NCBI RefSeq assembly: GCF_006345805.1
Contig: NW_021827261.1
Coordinates: 1 to 10,836 of the forward strand
Direction of reading: 5' to 3'
From: Octopus sinensis
Lineage: Eukaryota
Length of the DNA stretch: 10,836 nt
Shown: positions 1-9,105 of the stretch, piece by piece
Numbering within the stretch: the stretch's first letter is position 1
Layout of the letters: each line of letters opens with the position of its first letter
Program-made: the position numbers and the translations under genes
Notes under the pieces: model-generated
Told to the model about the DNA's origin: nothing
The model's input: the letters and a program-made list of their open reading frames with translations, nothing else
Database searches by the model: none

Positions 1-53
<53 letters not shown>

Positions 54-284
54 ATACATATATATTAGTGTGTGTATATATGTATAATATATTAAATGTA
101 CGTGTGTGTGTGTGTGTGTAAAAGAATTCTTGTTTTATTGTTTTTTTTTCTTTAAGTTCTCCTTTTACCTCGGAAGTTGTACAGCGGAGATGTAAAAATA
201 TACGGACATTAAACTTATCTATGTCTTTCTCTCCCCCTCCTCACTCTCGCTCTCTTGCTCTGTCTATCTGTTTATCTATCTATC

Positions 285-316
<32 letters not shown>

Positions 317-351
317 CTACTATCTATCTATCTATTCTCTATCTATCTTAT

Positions 352-407
<56 letters not shown>

Positions 408-456
408 TAATATATACAGATATATATACATAGATACCATATATTATATATTTTTG

Positions 457-497
<41 letters not shown>

Positions 498-600
498 TTA
501 TGTATAATACTATATAAGTATATATATGTAATATATATTATAAATTATATTATATGATAATATTTATACATACATACATGCCTACATACATACATAATAT
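1..600. repeat. Compound microsatellite / low-complexity region: (TA)n, (TG)n, (TC)n, (TCTA)n, (TACA)n
   Basis: Seen directly: pure (TA)n at 1-45, (GT)n ~101-119, imperfect (TCTA)n ~255-345, (TA)n ~355-397 and ~460-490. Short unique sequence at ~120-225. Confidence 0.95.
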
Positions 601-1133
601 TTTTGGATAAGCTCTAAACTACAAAATCTTTAATCCGAGTATCGCGCTTCCGATTTTCGCATGAAATGGAAAAATACATAAATAAATAAATAGAACGATA
701 TTTAAAAGCAGCCATAAGTTAAGCTTGAATTCAAACAAAATATCGACATTCTGAGTAAATCGATTAGGTCGAGACTTTCGAAAGCCAGGAGCTTGTCCCA
801 AATACCTATATAATGAGCCTCAATATAACTCTTTATTTTAATTTTTAATGTATTAGCCATCTCTCTAGCCTGTGACTAAAACTAATGGCCTAAACAACGC
901 CTTTTATTTTCATAATTTATTTATGTTTACTGTACTTCTGTTGTCTCCAAACACGTTTTCCACCAAATTCTCTCATTTTATTTCCATGAATTTTCACACG
1001 CTCCAAACCAATCATATTGCTTCTTTTGCCGTCTTAAAGATCTTACATTCAATTCAGTTCGTAAAAACTCACCATTTTCAGAATAAAAGTTCCAGTTATT
1101 TAAACTTGAGTTTTCTCGTGTCTGTCTTTATTC

Positions 1134-2049
1134 AAATTAATGGGTGTGTGATAACTGGAGGATTATAACTCCGAGTAGAATAGTTTGGGAAGTGTTCAAT
1201 GTCATTATTGTGAATAAGATACAGGTTTCTGGAAATTGTAGTTCGCAGATATTTTGGCCCAGACAAATATAACAATATACTGAATTCTGACAACGTGTTA
1301 TCATGGCTTTTATTGTTTATAAAAGGTCTTTGAGGGGCGTATGCACATTAGTGTTACAGAATGGGGAAATGCAGCAGGTTCTATGTTACTAAGGTTTACT
1401 GGAAACGTAAACCAGCCCAAGAGGTGCAATATGCCATGAGATCTGTCTTTACCATTTCATTCTTAATCTCACACATTTGCTCGTTTAATCAAACATATCT
1501 TATAATTTTTATTTATTCATACTCCCATTAGTAAGTGAAACAATATCATCAACAAAATCCGCTTCCGCCAAATACGTTTAATAATTCCATTCAGTTTCTT
1601 GTTCTTCCATCCTGAATAGTTTCCATCATGATATAGTTTATAGAAAAACACACAAGAGTGACAATAGAACGCCTCTGCTGTCCTTCACTTTCAACTTCGA
1701 ATTCGTTACATACCTGACTGTCTTGGCTTACACGTAGGTAACTGCATGGCATATTGCACCTCTTGGGCTGGTTTACGTTTCCAGTAAACCTTAGTAACAT
1801 AGAACCTGCTGCATTTCCCCATTCTGTAACACTAATGTGCGTACGCCCCTCAAAGACCTTTTATAAACTATAAAAGCCATGATAACACGTTGTCAGAATT
1901 CAGTATATTGTTATATTTGTCTGGGCCAAAATATCTGCGAACTACAACTTCCAGAAACCTGTATCTTATTCACAATAATGACATTGAACACTTCCCAAAC
2001 TATTCTACTCGGAGTTATAATCCTCCAGTTATCACACACCCATTAATTT
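1134..2049. repeat. Long inverted repeat: 305-bp arms at 1134-1438 and 1745-2049, 306-bp spacer
   Basis: Base-by-base comparison of 1134-1438 with the reverse complement of 1745-2049 shows no indels and 3 mismatches (1235/1948, 1314/1869, 1342/1841). Confidence 0.97.
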
Positions 2050-2534
2050 CTCCTTGCCTCGTCACTATATGGATCCATCCATTTTATATATTTTCCAATC
2101 TTCAAGAATTTTTTCCATATTCTATATATTACAAAAATGCGTCAGAGATGTCATCGAAGTCACGTGTTTGTCTATTTTTACCATTTCTATTGCAGTTCTG
2201 GTTTCTCTAGGAATGTTTCATATTTTCTTTTTTACCCAATACTTCATGCCATTCCCTCAACAGACATTTCTTGTGAAACCATTTCCAGCTCCTTGTATAA
2301 CTCGGGGTCTAACAGAAACGTTCTTCCATCTTTCTTAGACGTTTATCTCAGGTGTTATTAGTTCCCCATTACTTCTAGGTTTTCCTTTAATCTCTTTGTC
2401 TTTAATCTAATTTAATATTTTTTCAGAAAATTCTCCATTTGCTCTCCTAGATCCCATATTGAGAGATATTTCATCAACATTTTATTTATCTCTTCTTAAA
2501 TACCTTTTTGCCTCTTGGCTGAGACTTCCGTATT

Positions 2535-2692
2535 TCCCGTCACTTAGCGGTTCAGCAAAAAGAGACCGATAGAATAAGTACTGGGCTTACAAAGAATAAG
2601 TCCCGGGGTCGATTTGCTCGACTAAAAGGCGGTGCTCCAGCATGGCCGCAGTCAAATGACTGAAACAAATAAAAGAGTAAAAGAGTAAAGAG
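2535..2692 (+). mobile_element. 5'-truncated family A SINE (3' part plus tail), inserted in the LINE remnant
   Basis: Highly similar to ~7725-7873 and ~9360-9521 (CGTCACTTAGCGGTTC...GACCGATAGAATAAGTACT...GGCGGTGCTCCAGCATGGCCGCAGTCAAATGACTGAAACAA). It ends in AAAAGAGTAAAAGAGTAAAGAG. Confidence 0.9.
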
Positions 2693-3333
2693 AATTTCCA
2701 TTTTAATGTTTATGTTATTTTTTTCTCTGACTTGCAACGTTCTGTTTTGGTTCGGCTTGTGTCCTAAAGACTTCAAATCCTTTTCCTTTTCTTCTATTTT
2801 ATTTACCCAGAACATTTTGGCAATATTCCACTTTACATCCATTTACATTCTTTCCTACGTCTTTCGTCAAAATCGTGCAAGTACATCAGATCTATTGCGA
2901 TATCAAATCATAAATTCTTTAAATTTTCTCTCACTCCGGTATCCTAGTGATACTTTATTTTGTTTAAATTTCTGGCCCACATTTATATTCTAACATGTAG
3001 CAGTGACAATTTACATCCCTGATATGTCGAAATATAACAGATACATAAGGATATTTTTATCGAGAGATTTCGAAATATATTTATTATTATCCCCGTATTT
3101 TGTATCTTCTGATAATACTGTTTACAGCGCAGAAGATGATCACGCTTGCATTATTTTCATTCGAATCTCGAAACCCTCATGAACTCATCGCTTGATTTTC
3201 ATCTTCTCAGTAACTAGTCTCATTCATTTCCAATACGTCACTCGATGGTACACTAGCAATTCCTTTCCCCAACGATTAACATAAGTATTATTTCTCTCCG
3301 GTGTTGAATTATTTGCAGGTCTATAAAAGCAGC

Positions 3334-3495
3334 AAACTCAGAACGTAAAGATAGACGGATTTCTGCTGAGGTCGACTTTGCCATTTTCGCCCTCTCGGGA
3401 TCGATAAAATAAATACCACTTAAGCCCTGGGATCGATATAATCGACGAGTCCCTACTCCCCAAAATTCCAGGTCTTGCGCCTTTAGTAGAAAGTA
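3334..3495 (+). mobile_element. 5'-truncated family B SINE with an inverted 5' segment (3334-3357)
   Basis: 3358-3495 (CTGAGGTCGACTTTGCC...GATCGATAAAATAAATACC...CCCCAAAATTCCAGGTCTTGCGCCTTTAGTAGAAAG) matches the reverse complement of 7116-7255. 3334-3357 matches 7256-7279 in the same orientation, so it is inverted relative to the rest. Confidence 0.85.
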
Positions 3496-3812
3496 TCAGT
3501 TACAGAACTCTAACAAAATTAAGTTGATTTGCTCAGTTTTAAAATTTGCTGAAAATATTCTATCATAAGATGAAGAATTCCATTTCGATAATCCCCTTGA
3601 AGTCTTTTTATTTAAAATCTAACTGACTCCATCAAACAGAAGCCATCATCCCCACCCCCGGTTATTGGCTCAAAGCAAAAAAATGTATTGTCTTTTATAG
3701 TAATAGTTTAATTCCATCTCACTAAATCCTGTTCCGTTGAGGTCCGTCACATCGATTTTGTCTTGTTCCATTGTTTTTCTTGTCAGCTTCCATCTAACAC
3801 CTCGATGTTATA

Positions 3813-4199
3813 CAGGCTGTTCAAAATGTCTCTCCGCAGTCAATTTTTCGGTGAACGGATTATTTCGAAGGGACTTTGGCCACCAAATCACCTAATTTAA
3901 CACCGTCAGACATTTTTCCTGGAGAGCAAGTAAAGGACCAGTGTATAAGAATCGCCCGAAAACCATCAATGAGCTAAAATACACCTTCACACGGTTGATA
4001 CCGCGTCAGACTCTCCAAGTTGTATTTCAAAACATGTGTAGAAGAGTCAACTTCAGTATTGAAAATGAAGGACGACACTTTCAATACCTCATTATACGGT
4101 TCTTTAAACTCTTCTAAAGTCTAATATATTCTTTTGTAGTCTTATTCTATCTTATAAATATTTATTTTGCAATAAAATATTTACTGCGGAGAGACTTTT
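3813..4199 (+). mobile_element. Tc1/mariner-superfamily non-autonomous deletion derivative carrying a frameshifted transposase C-terminus
   Basis: The left end is TA|CAGGCTGTTCAAAA. GTCTCTCCGCAGT (3828-3840) and ACTGCGGAGAGAC (4183-4195) form a perfect 13-bp inverted repeat. 3841-4096 translates, with frameshifts, to QFFGERIISKGLWPP-SPNLTPSDIF-WRASKGPVYKNRPKTINELK...QNMCRRVNFSIENEGRHFQYL. This resembles the WPPRSPDLTPxDFFLWG...VY..RPxTIxELK...RRxxxCIxxxGxHFxHL C-terminus of maT/rosa-like transposases. The outermost right TIR and right TA are not recognisable. Confidence 0.85.
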
Positions 4200-4680
4200 A
4201 TTTCTACATAGCGCGTTCCACTACATCATGTTCAGTATTTTTGCGCAGAAAACCCAGGAAGTTCTTAGCAGCCATATGCACTAGAGACAAGGCGGCCATA
4301 AATATATTTGAAGCTTGTTGCTTTTATTATTGACATTACACATGAGTGGAAGATTCGTAAGTCGCATACGTCACAGGTTAAACAAGCATCACGTGATGTG
4401 CAGTTTCCTAGCTTTCTGCATTTTAATCCCAACTGAAAATAGACATCTGAAGCTATCACCCAAGATGTTGTCTAATGTATTTCGCCGTTAGCTTCATCGA
4501 CATCACTATGTTGTCAGATGACGTTTCTGTGTCTTGTTTAGCAAGGTAAGCCGAGGTCGTTGCCAGGGATACCACGTGAAAGTGAAAACACAGTATTTGT
4601 GAAATGAACGGATCAGTCCCGGCTTACCTACTCTGACTAAACTTTGCAAAACAAGGCACAATCAGCCACTCCATGGTAGT

Positions 4681-4985
4681 CACACACACATACACACACA
4701 TACACACACGCATAAACACACATACACAAACACGCACACGCATGTACATGTTACATCTATATTTTATATATATATACATATATATATACATATATATGTA
4801 TATATGTATATATACATACACATACACATCATATATATATATATTATATATATAGGTATATATATATATATACTTACACATAAACACATATACACACATA
4901 TATTATATATATAGATATATATACATATACACATACATACATAGCATAGCTATATACATATATGTGTGTGTGTGTGTGTGTGTGT
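4681..4985. repeat. Compound (CA)n/(TA)n/(TACA)n/(TG)n microsatellite
   Basis: Seen directly. Confidence 0.93.
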
Positions 4986-5139
4986 GGACGTGTCGAATAA
5001 ATGAATGCGTAGATAGACAAACTAAAGCCTTAACAGTTACGTATGTGTTTATGTCTTGCTTCTATGGACAAGAAAGAAGAGGTAGGATGAGGGTGGGGGT
5101 GGATTGGGACACAGAAAAAGACGGAGGGAGAAAGAGGGC

Positions 5140-5392
5140 AAAAGATAGATAGATAGAGTGAGAGAGAGAGAGAGAGAGAGTTACCGTGTACAGGTAAATG
5201 AAAGTGTAGTTGTAGTATTATGTGTGATTCAACACCTGAGTTGGTCGACACTCTATTTAATCACCTCGACTAACAATGACAAATATGTGTGGACATTCTC
5301 AGTGCTGAATTATATAGCCACTTGGATAGCTGACTGGACTGGCTGGGCACACACACTCACACACGCACACACACACACACACACGAACACAC

Positions 5393-5426
<34 letters not shown>

Positions 5427-5622
5427 AAGAGAGAAGAGATGGATATTATATACACATGCATATGTATGTTTGTATATATTCGTGCATGTATTTATCTCTC
5501 TCTTTCATTCTCTCTCTATTATATATATATATGTATGTATGTGTATATATACATATATACACATCTATATATATATATATATATATACTTTATTTAAAGC
5601 AGCAGAAAAGTCAACAAAATCT

Positions 5623-5654
<32 letters not shown>

Positions 5655-5954
5655 GACAGAGCGACACGCATACACATGTGTGAGTGTCTACATAATATAA
5701 CAAATGATTGTCATGTATGTGTATGTATATCATGCATACACCCATACGCACATATGTGTATGTGTGTATGCCTGTCTGTGTATATAGATGTATCTGTACA
5801 TAAATGTATATATTTATACTTACATATATATGTGTGTGTGTTTGTGTGTGTGTGTGAGTGTGTGTGTGTGTGTGTGGAGAGAGAGAGAGCTGGATGGATA
5901 CATAAATATGCAGATAGATAGATAGCGATAGATAGATAGGTAGAAGGATGGATG

Positions 5955-5997
<43 letters not shown>
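5140..5997. repeat. Microsatellite-rich block: (GATA)n/(GA)n ~5140-5180, (CA)n ~5349-5423, mixed TA/TG ~5450-5880, (GATA)n ~5910-5997
   Basis: Seen directly. Short unique sequence at ~5181-5348. Confidence 0.9.
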
Positions 5998-6279
<282 letters not shown>

Positions 6280-6320
6280 GATTCCGATCATTCATTTTAA
6301 AAGTTTAAATCTAATCTGAA

Positions 6321-6400
6321 TCACACACACACACACACTCACACACGTACACACGCACGTACATACACATACCCAAGAAACACGTGTGCGCGCACGCAAG
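6321..6400. repeat. (CA)n / (CG)-mixed microsatellite
   Basis: Seen directly. Confidence 0.8.
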
Positions 6401-6699
6401 CGCACCATCGCCAACACGTTCATTCACACAAGGCATACGCACGCATCTGTACACAGTAGGAAATCATACACGGGTGGGATATAACAGTGTTTTGATGGTT
6501 TCAACTTGAACGAGCGAACGAGAGAGATTGAAGAAACGGCAAGCTGCCTTTATCGATTCGCTGAGATAGGCAGATGGCTTAAGATTTATAGTCCAAGTTG
6601 AAATGATTCCATTCTCAATTTGGAGGAGTGGATGCCACACTTGAGGTATTGATTTTAAAATCTAGCATTTTTAAATATCGTACACTGATGGGAAAAGTG

Positions 6700-6756
6700 G
6701 GCGGTAGATTGTTAAAATCGTTAGAGCGGCGAACAAAATGTCCTCATGCTATATTT
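6700..6756 (+). mobile_element. Degraded family B-like SINE head
   Basis: GGCGGTAGATTGTTAAAATCGTTAGAGCGGCGAACAAAATG loosely resembles the family B 5' ends (cf. reverse complements of 7290-7333 and 6900-6943). Confidence 0.45.
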
Positions 6757-6794
6757 AATTACAGCCCCTTAACTACTCGAGTTTAACTTATATA

Positions 6795-6943
6795 TTTGTT
6801 TCAAATTTTGCCACAGGGCCAGCAGTTTTTGAAGAGGAAAGGTAAAGTCGACCTCGGCGGAATGCGAACTAAAAACGTAAAGCCGGATGAAATGCCACTA
6901 AGTATTTCCTCCGTCGTGATAACGATTCTGTCAGGTTACCGCT
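6795..6943 (-). mobile_element. Family B SINE with internal deletion
   Basis: The reverse complement reads AGCGGTAACCTGACAGAATCGTTATCACG...TTTACGTTTTTAGTTCGCATTCCGCCGAGGTCGACTTTACCTTTC, then jumps to the 3' end AAAAACTGCTGGCCCTGTGGCAAAATTTGAAAC. Confidence 0.82.
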
Positions 6944-6965
6944 TTAAATTTTTGAAATATCGATG

Positions 6966-7115
6966 TCAAATTTTGGCACAAGGCCAGCAATTTCGGGGGA
7001 TTGGTGAAGTCGATTACATTGACCCCTGTGTCGAACTGATACTTACTTTGTCGACCCCGGCGTTATTTGCAATCAAAACATAAATACCGCTAAGCATTTT
7101 ACTCGGCGTGCTGAC
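6966..7115 (-). mobile_element. Family B SINE lacking its extreme 5' end and with an internal deletion
   Basis: The reverse complement reads GTCAGCACGCCGAGTAAAATGCTTAGCGGTATTT...GCCGGGGTCGAC|AAAGTAAGTATCAG...GGGGTCAATGTAATCGAC...GAAATTGCTGGCCTTGTGCCAAAATTTGA. Confidence 0.8.
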
Positions 7116-7333
7116 AATCCTTTTCTACTTTAGCCGCAATGCCTGAAATTTTTGGGGAGGGGATGGCAGTCGATTAGATCGACACCAGTATGTAACTGGT
7201 ACTTAATTTATCGACCCCGAAAGGATGAAAGGCAAAGTCGACCTCAGCGGAATTTGAACTCAGAACGTAACGGCAGACGAAATACGACTACGCATTTCGC
7301 CCGGTGTGCTAACGTTTCTGCCAGCTCACCGCC
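7116..7333 (-). mobile_element. Full-length family B tRNA-derived SINE
   Basis: The reverse complement starts GGCGGTGAGCTGGCAGAAACGTTAGC (A-box-like) and has B-box-like GAGTTCAAATTCC. It continues GAGGTCGACTTTGCCTTTCATCCTTTCGGGGTCGATAAATTAAGTACCAG and ends CCCCAAAAATTTCAGGCATTGCGGCTAAAGTAGAAAAGGATT. Confidence 0.9.
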
Positions 7334-7370
7334 TTCAGTTTAATTTATGTATTGAGACCTTGCGCTGGTG

Positions 7371-7436
7371 TTTTGTCCTTCGCTCTGGGATTGATAAATA
7401 TAGACCCGTCATGTACCGGGAACGATTTAATCAACT
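7371..7436 (+). mobile_element. Degraded family B SINE central fragment
   Basis: TCCTTCGCTCTGGGATTGATAAATATAGACCCGTCATGTACCGGGAACGATTTAATCAACT aligns loosely to the family B core (CCTTTCGGGGTCGATAAA...TACTGGGGTCGATxTAATCGACT). Confidence 0.45.
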
Positions 7437-7444
7437 ATATATAT

Positions 7445-7873
7445 ATAGGCGCAGGAGTGGCTATAGGCACAGGAGTGGCTGTGGGGTAAGTAGCTTGCTA
7501 ACCAACCACATAGTTCCGGGTTCAGTCCCACTGCGTGGCATTTTGGGCAAGTGTCTTCTGCTATAGCCCCGGGCCGACCAATGCCTTGTGAGTGGATTTG
7601 GTAGACGGAAACTGAAAAAAGCCTGTCGTATATATGCATATATATATAAGTGTGTGTGTATATGTTTGTGTGTCTGTGTTTGTCCCCCTAGCATTGCTGA
7701 CACCGATGCTGGTGTGTTTTTACGTCCCCGTCACTTAGTGGTTCGGCAAAAGAGACCGATAGAATAAGTACTGTGGTTACAAAGAATAAGTCCCCGGGTC
7801 GATTTGCTCGACTAAAGGCGGTGCTCCAGCATGGCTGCAGTCAAATGACTGAAACAAGGAAAAGAGTAAGAGT
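7445..7873 (+). mobile_element. Full-length family A tRNA-derived SINE with duplicated 5' end, flanked by (TA)n
   Basis: The head is GGCACAGGAGTGGCTGTGGGGT (A-box-like) with B-box-like GGTTCAGTCCC at 7519-7529. TTGGGCAAGTGTCTTC follows, then an internal TA/TG tract and a 3' part shared with 2535-2692 and 9360-9521, ending AAAGAGTAAGAGT. TA runs lie on both sides (~7436-7447, 7875-7910). Confidence 0.92.
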
Positions 7874-7874
7874 A

Positions 7875-7905
<31 letters not shown>

Positions 7906-8000
7906 ATATAAAAAGAAAGAAAACCAAACAAAACAGTTGTGACCTCGTGTCAGGACTAGAAGCCATATTACATTTTCTGTTTGGATAATGCAATGAAACA

Positions 8001-8062
8001 GTTGAGCGGGCTTCGAACAAAATGTCTGACGGTACGTAGTTCCGGTCTTTTACATTCTGTTC
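8001..8062 (+). mobile_element. Degraded family B-like SINE head fragment
   Basis: GTTGAGCG...AACAAAATGTCTGACGGTA...TTCCGGTCTTTTACATTCTG resembles the family B head (GTTAG...AAATG...CGGTATTT...TTTACGTTCTGAG). Confidence 0.45.
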
Positions 8063-8081
8063 CGGCCAAGCTGCGAATGAA

Positions 8082-8475
8082 TTTATTTTTTACTTGTTTC
8101 AGTCATTAAACTGCAGCCACACAGGAGCAGCGCTTGCAGAACTTTCAGTCAAATGAATCGGCCCCAGTAATTTTACTTTTTAAACATGGTACTTAATCAA
8201 TCGTTTCTTTCTTTTCTTTTTGCTCGAAACGCTAAGTTATGGGATGTAAACACACCAACACCGGTCGTCAAGCGTTAAAGGGGGGACAAACGCAGAGACA
8301 AGGATTAAGCACACCCACAACCCACACACACCCACCCACACATACATACGACGGGTTTGTTTCAGTTCCCGTCTATCAAATACAAGGCGCTTGCCAATTG
8401 TGTCACGCAGTGGGACCGAACCCGAAACCTTGTGTTTGGGAAGCAATCTTTTTACCACACAGCCATGCACGCACC
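8082..8475 (-). mobile_element. Diverged near-full-length family A SINE with an internal deletion
   Basis: The reverse complement reads GGTGCGTGCATGGCTGTGTGGTAA...GGGTTCGGTCCCACTGCGTG...GGCAAGCG|CCTTG (about 30 bp missing vs 7445-7873)...TAGACGGGAACTGAAACAAACCCGTCGT...TTTGTCCCCCC...GGCTGCAGTTTAATGACTGAAACAAGTAAAAAATAAA. Confidence 0.85.
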
Positions 8476-9105
8476 TCTGTGAGGTTTTTTCATTTGGCAT
8501 TCGTCCGATGTTTATACAATAACTATGCTCAGAGTATTGCTGCCCGTTTCACCAAAACGATCTCCTCTCTTATAAAACAGAGCCAAACACCGTTGTTATT
8601 TACGTCTGTTTACCAGGGTATCAAGCAACTAATTTATCCGCGTTGAGCTGAGTGAAGGTAATTTTTGAGCAATAATACTAATAATGATTAAATGCTACTT
8701 CATAGAAAATTGATTGAAATTATTTTGTTTTATAAATTAGATTTGTCAATGTCGTCAATGGTTACTGAACGATAATAAATTAATTAGTTTATAGAAACAT
8801 TTGGCCATTATCGCATTGCTCTGCATCTTTTAGGCAGAGGGCGATATTTTTGATTCTTTTTTTTTTACACGTTTCCTTCAGTGCAGCCTAATAGCAGAAA
8901 TGGTAGATCTTCAGACACCAATGCACTGCAGTGTAATCTCGGCCTTTCAAATTTTGGTACGAGACTAGAACCACTGCCTTAAACCTCTATATTATTGGAA
9001 TTTCGAATTTCGGCTGGAGCAAGATTTGTATTTCCATTTTTCACTCTGGAACCAAGAAAACTAATAGCAGTAATACACAGGGTGATACCTTCGATTATAA
9101 TTTTT

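Larger units (their letters stand above)
870..2990 (-). mobile_element. Decayed RTE-clade non-LTR retrotransposon (LINE) remnant: linker plus reverse transcriptase region, with many stops and frameshifts
   Basis: Hand translation of the minus strand gives RTE-like blocks in the expected order across shifting frames. KYGSLSQEAKRYLRRDK (~2535-2485); NGELITPEINV*ERWKN (~2370-2320); CDNWRIIT (2036-2013, cf. CxNWRGITL) followed by EVFNVIIVNKIQ; SCSSQIFWPRQI (cf. SCxDQIFTLRQI); MAFIVYKR (cf. MAFIDxEKAFD); NEFEVE...INYIMMET (cf. FEVxxGVRQG..IDWIM); EWNY*TYLAEADFVDDI (DFVDDI at 1559-1542, cf. the LDFADD catalytic motif). Weaker NERIW...KRRCLGH follows (~980-890). Family motifs are recalled, not searched, and the boundaries are approximate. 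Confidence 0.8.

Noticed and set aside
1134-2049. Inverted repeat read as the TIRs of a DNA transposon or MITE
   Set aside because: The arms are internal LINE RT sequence, the spacer is collinear LINE sequence continuing from the right arm, and no TSD is evident.
1591-2842. ORFs 1591-1800 (-), 2552-2842 (-) and the plus-strand ORFs at 1890-2361 as genes
   Set aside because: The minus-strand ORFs are short open stretches of the decayed LINE, and 2552-2842 reads through a SINE. The plus-strand ORFs are antisense to the LINE.
3000-3300. Possible LINE endonuclease remnant on the minus strand (SSDEFMRVSRFE, ASVIIFCAVNS)
   Set aside because: The resemblance to APE-type motifs is too weak to extend the LINE call without a profile search.
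7445-7535. tRNA gene, also considered at 7250-7333, 8400-8475 and 9106-9170
   Set aside because: A- and B-box-like motifs are present, but they continue into a repeated SINE body and I find no complete cloverleaf or acceptor stem.
8882-8956. 75-nt candidate exon after a strong polypyrimidine acceptor (TTTCCTTCAG at 8872-8881)
   Set aside because: The donor (G|GTACGA) is weak and lies in TTTCAAATTTTGGTACGAG, which resembles a family B SINE tail remnant (cf. 6966-6990). I recognise no peptide.
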